Assembly (NCBI GenBank): GCA_009691415.1
Contig: SICP01000004.1
Span: 1,960 to 65,959, forward strand
Origin: Candidatus Margulisiibacteriota bacterium
GTDB lineage: Bacteria; Margulisbacteria; Marinamargulisbacteria; SXXA01; SICP01
Reading direction: 5' to 3'
Length of the DNA: 64,000 bases
This document shows positions 18,427 through 27,282 of the stretch, one piece after another (the stretch's first letter is position 1; each line of letters starts with the position of its first letter). The notes under the pieces are model-generated. The model was given only the letters and a program-made list of their open reading frames with translations. It did not search any database and had not been told where the DNA came from. A program made the translations under genes and the position numbers.

Positions 18427-19875
18427 CTAAATTTTTACTCCACGTATAAGATCCAATCGATTTTGAAATTCTAATAATATCCGTTCATAAAGCGACTCTT
18501 TTAGCACTTGATCTTCAACGCCAGAGTCAATACTAGGATTGTCATTTACCTCTATGGCGTAGATGCCATCCTTGGTTTCTTTAATATCCACACCATAAAG
18601 TCCACGGCCAATAAGCTCGCTAGTTTTTAAAGCCATGTCTATAACATGCGGAGGCACTTTTTCGATAGCCAAAGTCTCATGCCTTCCCTGAACATAAGCC
18701 CCCCCTTTAGTTTGTTTAATCGTCTGCCAATGACCTTTTGACATTTCATATTTACACGCAAATAAAGGCTCTTGATTGAGTGTGCCGATGCGCCAGTCAT
18801 ACGCGGTATACAAAAATTCTTGTGCAATCAAAAGCTCCGTATTTTCAAACAGTTGATCCGAAACACGTACCAATTCTTCAGGAGAATCCACTTTTTTAAC
18901 CCCACGCGAAAAATTACCATCAGGAATTTTCAGAACCAAAGGAAAACTAAATGTATCCAATACTTCAATCAAATCTTTCCGGGCAAATATTAATGTTTTA
19001 GGACTACTGATATTGTTTTCTTTAAATAGTTCGGCTAAATATATTTTATTGGTGCACCTCAAAATTGACACCGGATCATCTATAACCGGCATCTCTTCTG
19101 ATTCGGCCTTGAGAGAAAATTGATAGGTGTGATCATTTAGATAGGTTGTTTCACGAATAAAAAGTGCATCATATTCTGAGAGATGGTAATAATCTTTTTT
19201 GCCAATAAGTTCCACACTAACATTTAGTTTCCGGCCGATATTTATAAACTTTTCGAGCGCTGCTTTGTTAGATGGGGGTAGGGGGTCTTCAGGATTTTCT
19301 AAGATAGCCAAATAAAAACGAGGGGGCATTTTGGATCGCAACTTGGCGAATCTTTTTTGTGTATACGCTGTGAGTGACAAAACAAAAAAGGACAGTTCTT
19401 CGGGTGTGAGTTTAGCGATACTAAGGGCTTTAAGGCTCTCAATTTCTGCATGAGTAATCACAGCTAAAATAAGGGGGCAACGAAACTGATCAAATATATT
19501 TTTAGCTAACTCTTCATATATAGGATCTTTGCAACGACCCAAAATAATCAGGAGATATTTTTTTTCGGAAATAGCTTTAGGTAAGAGTTGATTCAGTCCC
19601 TCAAGTTGGGACTTATACAAACGTGGATGACTCAGTTTTAAAAGGGTCTTTGCGGAAGGGATCACTCTGTCTTCTCGCGCTTCTGCAAAAAGAGAACAAT
19701 AATAACCCGTCGTTAAATATTTATATCGCCTACAAAGATTAATTACTTTGTTGTCAGACCTCTTGGCATTTCTAATATACGTTCTGACAGTAATCACCTC
19801 ATAGTTAAGCGTGTCAGCTTTGATTTCTTGAGGAATGTCCGATAATTTATCAACAACAATAAGATGCTTACTCAT
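18427..19875 (-). CDS. RimK-like ATP-grasp amidoligase with an N-terminal RLAN-type domain
   Basis: 482 aa. The C-terminal ATP-grasp region (...LVLKIPDGNFSRGV...IAQEF...DWRIG...GLYGVDIKE...IEVNDNP) is RimK-like. The N-terminal ~190 aa (NLCRRYKYLTTGYYCSLFAEAR...) resembles the RimK-like ATP-grasp N-terminal domain. Confidence 0.7.
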   Translation of the reverse strand: MSKHLIVVDKLSDIPQEIKADTLNYEVITVRTYIRNAKRSDNKVINLCRRYKYLTTGYYCSLFAEAREDRVIPSAKTLLKLSHPRLYKSQLEGLNQLLPKAISEKKYLLIILGRCKDPIYEELAKNIFDQFRCPLILAVITHAEIESLKALSIAKLTPEELSFFVLSLTAYTQKRFAKLRSKMPPRFYLAILENPEDPLPPSNKAALEKFINIGRKLNVSVELIGKKDYYHLSEYDALFIRETTYLNDHTYQFSLKAESEEMPVIDDPVSILRCTNKIYLAELFKENNISSPKTLIFARKDLIEVLDTFSFPLVLKIPDGNFSRGVKKVDSPEELVRVSDQLFENTELLIAQEFLYTAYDWRIGTLNQEPLFACKYEMSKGHWQTIKQTKGGAYVQGRHETLAIEKVPPHVIDMALKTSELIGRGLYGVDIKETKDGIYAIEVNDNPSIDSGVEDQVLKESLYERILLEFQNRLDLIRGVKI

Positions 19876-20321
19876 ACGTGCTCCACTTTTATGTGATACC
19901 TAATCGCATCTGTACCGTCCTTATAATAAACACGATACGTCCCAAAAACGTTCCACCCCGCATTCTCAAATATGTGCTGCATCGCTTTATTCGTATGTTT
20001 GGTTTCGGCAACAACTTCAGTACAGTGTTTTTGTTTCGCACAGGCATAAATATCTTCTAACAAAGCCGCGCCCACCCCTTTACCTCGAGCGCTATCAGAA
20101 ACAGCAAGAGAATAGAGACGAGCCTTAGCGCTATTCTTTCTAAAAAAAAGTAACGCATACCCATCATTATCACACGTCAAACGCACGGTTGCGTTGGCCT
20201 TTGTCAAAATATATTTCCATTGACGCGGCGAAATTAGATCGTAAGAAAAAGCATCTTTTTCCAGTGCTGCCAAAGCATCAAGATCAGAGAGAGACGCCGT
20301 TCTTAATAGGTGCGATGCCAA
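19872..20321 (-). CDS. GNAT-family N-acetyltransferase
   Basis: 149 aa. Acetyl-CoA motif ARGKGVGAALLE. 4-nt overlap with the downstream ATP-grasp gene. Confidence 0.85.
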   Translation of the reverse strand: MASHLLRTASLSDLDALAALEKDAFSYDLISPRQWKYILTKANATVRLTCDNDGYALLFFRKNSAKARLYSLAVSDSARGKGVGAALLEDIYACAKQKHCTEVVAETKHTNKAMQHIFENAGWNVFGTYRVYYKDGTDAIRYHIKVEHV

Positions 20322-21382
20322 AGAACTTTACCTTTTTTGCTATAGGCTGTTCGCTCGACCCTCAGGCCACGCTTATACTGATCTTTGTAGAGTAGTTGTC
20401 CTTTTTCATAAAACTTCCAGAGGCCTTCACGTTTATTGTTTGTATAAGACCCAATAGCAACCGGAACGCCTGTTGCATCATAGCTTTTGAATAGACCATT
20501 TAACTTATCATCATCATAGTGACATTGCATGAGCAACTGCCCCTCAACATCATATTCTTTAGAAAGATTGAAACGCTTTCCAGCTTTAAAAAAATCTTCG
20601 TATTTAAGCTGTCCATTGGAAAAATACATATAGAAAAAGCCTACTGAGAAATCATCTTTAAGTAGGCATGTTGTTCTAAGCCCACCTGTTTCATAGTAAG
20701 TATTTACGGGGCCATTTTTATGATCATTTTTATAGGTGATTTCAGATTTTATTTTTCCACTGGGGTAAAACTCTTTGATAACACCGTTAGTCGTTTGTGC
20801 CCAAGAAGTACTCGCCAAGAGGATGAAGCAAAAACACGTCAGTACCATTAAATTTCTTATGGCGCTTTCGAGTATAGACGTAAGTCCTTGTGTCTCTTGA
20901 TTTTTTGAGTTTATAGCATCACCAATAGTCACTTCTATCTTTCTAGGTCTCATTATTTTTCTCCCCTTTGGCCACGATTCAAAACTGCCCTTTATATAAA
21001 TGGGTACAATCGGAATATTTAAATCAATCGCTAATCTTGCCGCACCCTTTTTGAATGCTAAAAGCTGTCCATCACGCGATCGTGTTCCTTCTGGATACAC
21101 CACTAAAATTTTACCTGTATTAACAAAGTTTTGACAACGCCTATTCGTTTCTTCTAACGATAATTCCCTTTCGCCTTCGGGACGTCGGTCAATAGGTATA
21201 AGATGAAACACAGAATGCATATGAAAACGACGATTTTTAGCATACCAATAATCATAAGCCGCCAAAAAACCATAGTCCGAAAAGGGACGTCCAAGCGCCA
21301 TAGCAATAATAGCTGAGTCCATGTGACTAGAATGATTGCTACAGGCTATAAAAGCTCCCTGAGGAAGTTTTTCTGCACCCAT
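20303..21382 (-). CDS. PlsC-type acyltransferase fused through a hydrophobic segment to a MORN-variant repeat domain
   Basis: 359 aa. H(X)4D motif NHSSHMD and VYPEGTRS in the N-terminal half. MVLTCFCFILLASTSWA at residues 179-195. The C-terminal half carries MORN_2/YwqK-type repeats (YPSGKIKSEITYKNDHKNG...). Confidence 0.7.
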   Translation of the reverse strand: MGAEKLPQGAFIACSNHSSHMDSAIIAMALGRPFSDYGFLAAYDYWYAKNRRFHMHSVFHLIPIDRRPEGERELSLEETNRRCQNFVNTGKILVVYPEGTRSRDGQLLAFKKGAARLAIDLNIPIVPIYIKGSFESWPKGRKIMRPRKIEVTIGDAINSKNQETQGLTSILESAIRNLMVLTCFCFILLASTSWAQTTNGVIKEFYPSGKIKSEITYKNDHKNGPVNTYYETGGLRTTCLLKDDFSVGFFYMYFSNGQLKYEDFFKAGKRFNLSKEYDVEGQLLMQCHYDDDKLNGLFKSYDATGVPVAIGSYTNNKREGLWKFYEKGQLLYKDQYKRGLRVERTAYSKKGKVLWHRTY

Positions 21383-21633
21383 TACAGTGAGGGGGCAGTA
21401 CCAACGAAAGATATATTTACAAAATTGATAAAAAATATAATTCTCCTGAAATTTTTTAAATTATTTTAGACAACTCATTGAAACACAAGAGTATACATTT
21501 TAGGAGTATTTTTTATGTCTGCTCTATTGTCCATACGAGTTGTACGATTATTGCCAATCAAACAAATTCCAGAGAGTCATAAAAAGTTAAAAATAGACCT
21601 CATGGAAAGAAGCATCCAAACCTCATTAAGAAA

Positions 21634-22062
21634 ATGCAGGAAGGGCATGTAATATCTACACAATGGTGGAGTACCTCGACTATTTGGAAAATTGTTGGAC
21701 ACCAGCTAATCCAAACCCAAATCCAGTACAATGGACGCAGATGTATGGATACATCAATGGCCGTTAATCAAGCGACAACAAAGCTCGCCATAGGTGATAT
21801 CGTGAATGCCATACCCGTTTTTAAAGCAGATGAAATAAAACCGGAACAAACTTTAGCTATGATGCAGGTTTTAGGCTTCCAAGGTGAACAAGATCAGAGT
21901 ATAGCCACCAATGAAATTAACAAATGGAAAATGAGGTTACTAAAGGTAGCCAATACGTTTGATTGCACTGCTGTCTTATTTGGCATTATGAAAACTCAGA
22001 TTAAGTTAACCCCTTTTGTGGAAATAACTGCGAACAAGGGAAAGAGGGTATCGATACCCTAG
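21634..22062 (+). CDS. Hypothetical protein (orphan)
   Basis: 142-aa ORF with no recognisable motifs. A 45-aa ORF (21515-21652) overlaps its start in another frame. Confidence 0.25.
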   Translation: MQEGHVISTQWWSTSTIWKIVGHQLIQTQIQYNGRRCMDTSMAVNQATTKLAIGDIVNAIPVFKADEIKPEQTLAMMQVLGFQGEQDQSIATNEINKWKMRLLKVANTFDCTAVLFGIMKTQIKLTPFVEITANKGKRVSIP

Positions 22063-22063
22063 C

Positions 22064-22927
22064 TTAGAGACAGCTTCTGAGATGACTACTTATGAGTCCT
22101 GGTTTACCCGTTCCAATCACTTGTCCATCAATTTTGACAATGGGCATTACCTGTCTAATAGACGATGTTAAAAAGGCTTCGTCATAGTCCGATATAGAAG
22201 AAAGCAAGACATTTTGCTCACAAACTTTGTAGTAATTTTTGGCAATAGTGATAACCGATTGGCGCGTAATACCTTCTAGAATTCTGCCGTTTGTAACAGG
22301 GGTGTAAATCGTATTGTTTTTGACAAAAAATACACTAAAGGTATCGCCTTCCAAAAAACACCTAGGTTCTTCTGGCGTTACAAACACAGGATAATCTGCT
22401 TCATACTTAGTCAAATTTTCTTGAGCCAAAAGACTGCCAATATAATACGTTAGTTTTACGTCTGGCAAATCTCTTTGATATGGAAACGTCGCAACTGAAA
22501 CCCCTTTTTCATAATATATCTCAGGTGGCCTCACAAACGCAGAAACCATAATATATAGCAACGGACAACTCACCGCTTGCGCCGTTTTAGAACCGGCTTT
22601 CCCACCACTCAAAATAATTTTAATAACCCTGATTTTTTCCGGAGCCAAATCATGATTTCTCTGTGCCGTTTCTTCTATAAGCGCAGCCAGTTTATCGGCA
22701 GGCAACATATCTAAAAAGCCCAAGCGATTTCCAGAGTTTATCAGTCGCTTAACATGCTCATGCAAATAACTTACTTTGCCATCAACAACGAGACCCGTTG
22801 TAAAAATACGCAGACCCCGAATAGACCCTAACGTATCAGCATCAACAGGAATAGCAACGTCTTCTGTAGCAATAAATTGGCCATTAGCATATGAAATCAT
22901 AAGTAAAGAGTATATAATTTTTTCCAC
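22064..22927 (-). CDS. Aminotransferase class IV (branched-chain/D-amino-acid aminotransferase or ADC-lyase-like)
   Basis: 287 aa. The fold-type IV PLP pattern runs through the ORF (...EGDTFSVFFVKNNTIYTP...GRILEGITR...AFLTSSIRQVMPIV). The start may be an internal Met. Confidence 0.75.
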   Translation of the reverse strand: MEKIIYSLLMISYANGQFIATEDVAIPVDADTLGSIRGLRIFTTGLVVDGKVSYLHEHVKRLINSGNRLGFLDMLPADKLAALIEETAQRNHDLAPEKIRVIKIILSGGKAGSKTAQAVSCPLLYIMVSAFVRPPEIYYEKGVSVATFPYQRDLPDVKLTYYIGSLLAQENLTKYEADYPVFVTPEEPRCFLEGDTFSVFFVKNNTIYTPVTNGRILEGITRQSVITIAKNYYKVCEQNVLLSSISDYDEAFLTSSIRQVMPIVKIDGQVIGTGKPGLISSHLRSCL

Positions 22928-22932
22928 ACTTT

Positions 22933-23871
22933 ATGCAAATACTCATGCACCGTTTAATTAAGAAAAATAAACATCTGGCAAAATGGGCCAAGCGCAATCA
23001 CATCTCCTGTTATCGTGTATACCACAAAGAAATCCCCGAATACCCCCTCACCGTAGATTGGATAGATGGCAACATCGTGGCCTGGTGGCATGAGAGAACC
23101 CGAGACGATACCGAAGAAAAAATAGCAGCCTATATCACGGACATTACCACCCAATTAATCACCGCATTTTCAATGGCACCTGACCGTTTATATCTAAAAA
23201 AACGCGGCATTCAAAAAGGCGCAGAACAATACCAACGCCTAGATCAGCAACACACCATAATCACCGTGCAAGAAAACGATCTCAAATTTGAAATAAATCT
23301 ATCCGACTATTTGGACATCGGATTATTTCTTGACCATCGCCATCATCGGCAAGCCATCAAAAATCTATCTCAGGGAAAACGTGTTCTCAATTTATTTGCC
23401 TACACAGGATCGTTTACTTGTTACGCCATAGCAGGGGGCGCCAAAGAAACTACCACTATAGATATGAGTCCCGTCTACCTACATTGGACGGAAAGAAACC
23501 TAGAATTAAACAACTTTAGAATAGGCCCTTCGCATCATTTAATTAGTGAAGATTGTCTGCAATTTTTAGAAAAAGATACCCAAAAATACGACATTATCAT
23601 TTGTGATCCGCCTACATTTAGCAATTCAAAACGCATGAAACAAAGTTCTTTCTCTATAGAAAGAGACTATCCAGAATTAATCGCAAACTGCGAACGTCTC
23701 TTGGCACCATCGGGATTATTATTATTTAGCACCAACGCCAAAGGCTTTAAGCTAGATCAAGAGCTACTTCCAAAAAATCTCACAATTACAGAAAAAACCA
23801 CCCCGCACGCTTCAGAAGATTTCAAAAACTGTCTACCTCATCGGTGTTGGTATCTGACAAAGATAAAGTAA
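22933..23871 (+). CDS. Class I SAM-dependent RNA methyltransferase (RlmK/RlmL C-terminal-domain-like)
   Basis: 312 aa. VLNLFAYTGSFT (motif I) and IICDPPTFSNSK (DPPxF motif IV). Confidence 0.8.
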   Translation: MQILMHRLIKKNKHLAKWAKRNHISCYRVYHKEIPEYPLTVDWIDGNIVAWWHERTRDDTEEKIAAYITDITTQLITAFSMAPDRLYLKKRGIQKGAEQYQRLDQQHTIITVQENDLKFEINLSDYLDIGLFLDHRHHRQAIKNLSQGKRVLNLFAYTGSFTCYAIAGGAKETTTIDMSPVYLHWTERNLELNNFRIGPSHHLISEDCLQFLEKDTQKYDIIICDPPTFSNSKRMKQSSFSIERDYPELIANCERLLAPSGLLLFSTNAKGFKLDQELLPKNLTITEKTTPHASEDFKNCLPHRCWYLTKIK

Positions 23872-23894
23872 TGATTACCATACTTTATTTAGTA

Positions 23895-25247
23895 CTACTT
23901 TAGTAAAAGCAATCGATACCGATCCCGATCTTTAGTATCTCCAAGTGTATCCTGAATTACAATGAGTTTCGACAAGATTTCATGACGTTTAGGCGACCCA
24001 TAGTAAAGTGCTTTTTTAAAAGCCCATCGGGCAGATTCCAAATGATGCCGCAGTTCATAAAGTAATCCCAGTTGGTAATATGCATCGGTATAGGCAGGAT
24101 AAAGCCTTGTGGCTTCTAAAAACTCGCGGCCCGCAAAATCTACTGACGACATCGCAAGAAAATAGTTTCCAAGCCTATAATGATACATCGCATTGCGTAC
24201 CATAAATGGCGCACTAGACTCTAAAAGGTGCTGTTCATTTTCCCAATCAAATGTACGATTTACTGTGCAAATAATGTGAATGGCAAAAATAGCAATCACA
24301 AGCCACATCAAACATAAACCAAATCCATAACGCCATATCGGTTTCTCAAGCGACTGACATTTTGTCCAAAGTGCCATGATCAACCATGCCACACTCCATG
24401 AAAACCCAAACGAAGAAAAATAAAGTAAAGATTCGGACAATCCAAATCCCGTAATAAACGAATATAACCCCAAGAGAACCGTCGGAACTAAAAAAAGAAA
24501 AAGCCCAATGCACAGCCAACGGTAACGTCGCCAACCCAAAATAGCGAAACTTAATACCCCTGAATAGGCTACAACAGATAAACAGAGCTTGAGACTCCCT
24601 TCTTGCCACGTATACAATGGTAACTGTTGCCATCCATAATTAAATAATAAGGGATGTGGGATCACCATCATATAAAGAGATTTGCCCAAAATGTAAATCA
24701 CCGTAGGAATACGATCCCAAAGATCAAGATGTCGTAAAGGAAATAAAACCCCATCGGAGAACAGTTCATTCGGAAACCAAAAAACAGAAAGCCCCGCAAC
24801 TACAAACGCTAACACAGACATCAGCGCATAACGTAAATATCGCGTATGAAAGTAAGTAAATCCCTTCAAAACTGCCAGCAAAATAAATAAAAATGCCAAG
24901 ATAACACCCCGATGACTGACATAACAAACAGCCTCCGTATGAAGCGGATGAACAGCAAATAAAAGTGATGTCAAAGTTGGGAATGCATAATATTTGCTAC
25001 CAGAAAGATGAAAGAGCAGCGCCCAAATCACCGTCACCGTGTAAGCAAAGACGAGACTATTAATCCAATGGTTAAGAGTGGGGGAGAGATGTAGAAATCC
25101 AGGAGTATCATTGAGAACATACCCGTTATGCCAAGTAGCGGCATAGAGTAAAAAAGCAAAAACCCCCACCAAAAGCATCAAGCTATATCTGCGAATGATG
25201 GGGGTTTTTAGTATTTGCAAAAAATTAACGATCAGATTTAGCCTCAA
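23895..25247 (-). CDS. Polytopic membrane protein with C-terminal TPR repeats (TMTC/ArnT-like glycosyltransferase architecture)
   Basis: 450 aa. About 10 TM helices followed by TPR-like ...YHYRLGNYFLA...LYPAYTDAYYQLGLLY.... The family assignment is an architectural inference. Confidence 0.5.
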   Translation of the reverse strand: MRLNLIVNFLQILKTPIIRRYSLMLLVGVFAFLLYAATWHNGYVLNDTPGFLHLSPTLNHWINSLVFAYTVTVIWALLFHLSGSKYYAFPTLTSLLFAVHPLHTEAVCYVSHRGVILAFLFILLAVLKGFTYFHTRYLRYALMSVLAFVVAGLSVFWFPNELFSDGVLFPLRHLDLWDRIPTVIYILGKSLYMMVIPHPLLFNYGWQQLPLYTWQEGSLKLCLSVVAYSGVLSFAILGWRRYRWLCIGLFLFLVPTVLLGLYSFITGFGLSESLLYFSSFGFSWSVAWLIMALWTKCQSLEKPIWRYGFGLCLMWLVIAIFAIHIICTVNRTFDWENEQHLLESSAPFMVRNAMYHYRLGNYFLAMSSVDFAGREFLEATRLYPAYTDAYYQLGLLYELRHHLESARWAFKKALYYGSPKRHEILSKLIVIQDTLGDTKDRDRYRLLLLK

Positions 25248-25614
25248 GAATACCCTTAAAGGCTTCTCGGTAGGAATAAATTAAATATAATTCGACTACG
25301 AGAATCCCTATTGCCATTGGTAATCCTTCTGGTGCCATAAAAAAATGAAAAAGAAAAATATTAATCACAATAGGAAACAACATCACTATACATAGTGGCG
25401 CATAAAGTCCCAGAACAAGTAAGGCTCCCGAAAGCACCTCAATAGATTTAAGCATAGGTAAAAAATAACCGGACTGCATCAGAGCAATTTCAAAAGATGC
25501 TGCACGTTCTGGCATGGGGGAGATAGGTAAAAAATTAAAAAAACCATTTAACCCAAATACAAGAAAGACTAACCCCAAAAGTACTCGCGCTACAAAATGA
25601 AACTTTTGATTCAT
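25225..25614 (-). CDS. DoxX-family membrane protein
   Basis: 129 aa with four TM helices. RVLLGLVFLVFGLNGFF is typical of DoxX. Confidence 0.7.
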   Translation of the reverse strand: MNQKFHFVARVLLGLVFLVFGLNGFFNFLPISPMPERAASFEIALMQSGYFLPMLKSIEVLSGALLVLGLYAPLCIVMLFPIVINIFLFHFFMAPEGLPMAIGILVVELYLIYSYREAFKGILEAKSDR

Positions 25615-25668
25615 ATAAAATCTCCTTTATAGATGAAATTAATGATGCTGATTTTAGTATGCCATAAG

Positions 25669-26010
25669 TTATAGATACCTCAAAAACTTGTTCTGAGAAT
25701 CTACTAACACCAATTTAGGGTTAATAGGTTGCGGCGAAAGTGTATACCCCATAATAATCAATTCTTCCCCGGTTTTAATCTTGTGTGCGCAGGCGCCATT
25801 CATGCAAATGACACCAGAATCGCGTGGCCCTTCGATAACATACGTTTCTAATCGTTCACCTGTTGTATTACTCACGACCTGAACTTTTTCTCCGGGCCAA
25901 AAACCAACACGTTCCATTAACGCCACATCTATAGTGATGCTACCAACATACGATAAGTCTGCATTTGTTACAGTGGCTTGGTGAAGCTTAGAACTCAAAA
26001 CCCATTTCAT
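25669..26010 (-). CDS. panD: Aspartate 1-decarboxylase proenzyme
   Basis: 113 aa. KLHQATVTNADLSYVGSITID includes the Gly-Ser self-cleavage site. Confidence 0.92.
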   Translation of the reverse strand: MKWVLSSKLHQATVTNADLSYVGSITIDVALMERVGFWPGEKVQVVSNTTGERLETYVIEGPRDSGVICMNGACAHKIKTGEELIIMGYTLSPQPINPKLVLVDSQNKFLRYL

Positions 26011-26087
26011 AGCCCACTATTATATGCGCAACACAAGAGTTGAATCAACTTGCTCATCAATAGCCCCATAGTTATACTACGGTTAAT

Positions 26088-26327
26088 ATGAGAGGGCTCT
26101 GTATTTTTCTGGTTTTAATCCTCTCGACAGCCTGTGCCGCAGAAGGCTTTGTCTACCATCATTATAAAATCCATCCAACCAACATAGACGTACCTCCCCT
26201 CTCACTAGAAAACATAACAGCAGCCACCGATTATAACCAAGAGAGACTAGACGAATTAAAAGTTAAAATGGCAGATCTTGAAAAAGCTTTAGAGCGATTT
26301 AAGACCTATTATTTTAGACGATTGTAA
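26088..26327 (+). CDS. Small secreted or lipoprotein-like hypothetical protein
   Basis: 79 aa. Signal peptide ending ...LSTAC, with a coiled-coil C-terminus. Confidence 0.4.
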   Translation: MRGLCIFLVLILSTACAAEGFVYHHYKIHPTNIDVPPLSLENITAATDYNQERLDELKVKMADLEKALERFKTYYFRRL

Positions 26328-26349
26328 GAGGAGTTAAAGAATTAAAAAA

Positions 26350-27282
26350 GTGGCTGGATTTATTATTGTATTACTCCTGAGCACAGGTGTTCCAACGAGT
26401 GCAGATATTAAAGGTGCCGGCGCCACTTTCCCAGAACCTTTATTTAAAGAAATGTTTAAAGAATATACCCATGTCACGGGCCAAGACATTACGTACGAAG
26501 CCACCGGATCTGAAAGTGGATTAAAAGAATTAAAAAAGAAAAATGTACAGTTTGCATCCATTGATTTACCACCCGATACAGACCCCATTTTTACATATAT
26601 TCCGATTACGATTGAAGCGGCAAGTATCATCTTTTCACTACCAGGAAATCCCGAGCTTAAACTGACACCCGAAATCTTAAACGGCATCTTTACCGGAAAA
26701 ATAACCCATTGGAACGCCAAAGAAATTCAAGAAATAAATCCAGAAATTGCATTGATCGATCTACCCATCATCGTTTTTAAACGCGCCAATAACAGCGGCA
26801 CCACCTCATTGGTTACAGACTATCTCACAAAAGCACTCCATAAAAAAAATCTTAATTTTATAGGTACCTCTCTAGAAACCAATGAAGAGATGTGCGAAAA
26901 AGTTTTTGTGACAGTTGGCGGAATCGGATACGCAAGCTTACATCAGGCCATTAAACAAAATATTACCTACGCCTCTATTAAGAATCAAAAAGGTCGTTTT
27001 GTAGCACCAACGGTCGATACAATTTTACTCTCCGCCACTACAAAATCCGCCCAAAAAAGCCCCTACGCACTCACCAATACATCCGCAGAATATGGGTATC
27101 CAATTTGTGGACTATCCTGGCTTGTAACCTACAAAAAGCAAGACACAAAAGTACTAGATCTTTTGAAATGGATGACGCAAGAAGGACAACTGCTAGCAGA
27201 AGAAAATGCCTATCCCCCTCTTCCAGAAAATTTTATCCGACTCGCTAAAACTCGGATCAATTCTATTTCAAAATTACGATAA
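26350..27282 (+). CDS. pstS: PstS-family phosphate-binding periplasmic protein
   Basis: 310 aa, GTG start, signal peptide. GAGATFPEPLF and NNSGTTS motifs are typical of PstS. There are no adjacent pstCAB genes. Confidence 0.75.
   Translation: MAGFIIVLLLSTGVPTSADIKGAGATFPEPLFKEMFKEYTHVTGQDITYEATGSESGLKELKKKNVQFASIDLPPDTDPIFTYIPITIEAASIIFSLPGNPELKLTPEILNGIFTGKITHWNAKEIQEINPEIALIDLPIIVFKRANNSGTTSLVTDYLTKALHKKNLNFIGTSLETNEEMCEKVFVTVGGIGYASLHQAIKQNITYASIKNQKGRFVAPTVDTILLSATTKSAQKSPYALTNTSAEYGYPICGLSWLVTYKKQDTKVLDLLKWMTQEGQLLAEENAYPPLPENFIRLAKTRINSISKLR

Noticed and set aside
21515-22062. A 45-aa ORF plus a 142-aa ORF considered as a frameshifted ParB/sulfiredoxin-like gene
   Set aside because: The resemblance (VVRLLPIKQIPESH...ERSIQ) is too weak to support by eye. 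I kept only the longer ORF, as a low-confidence orphan.
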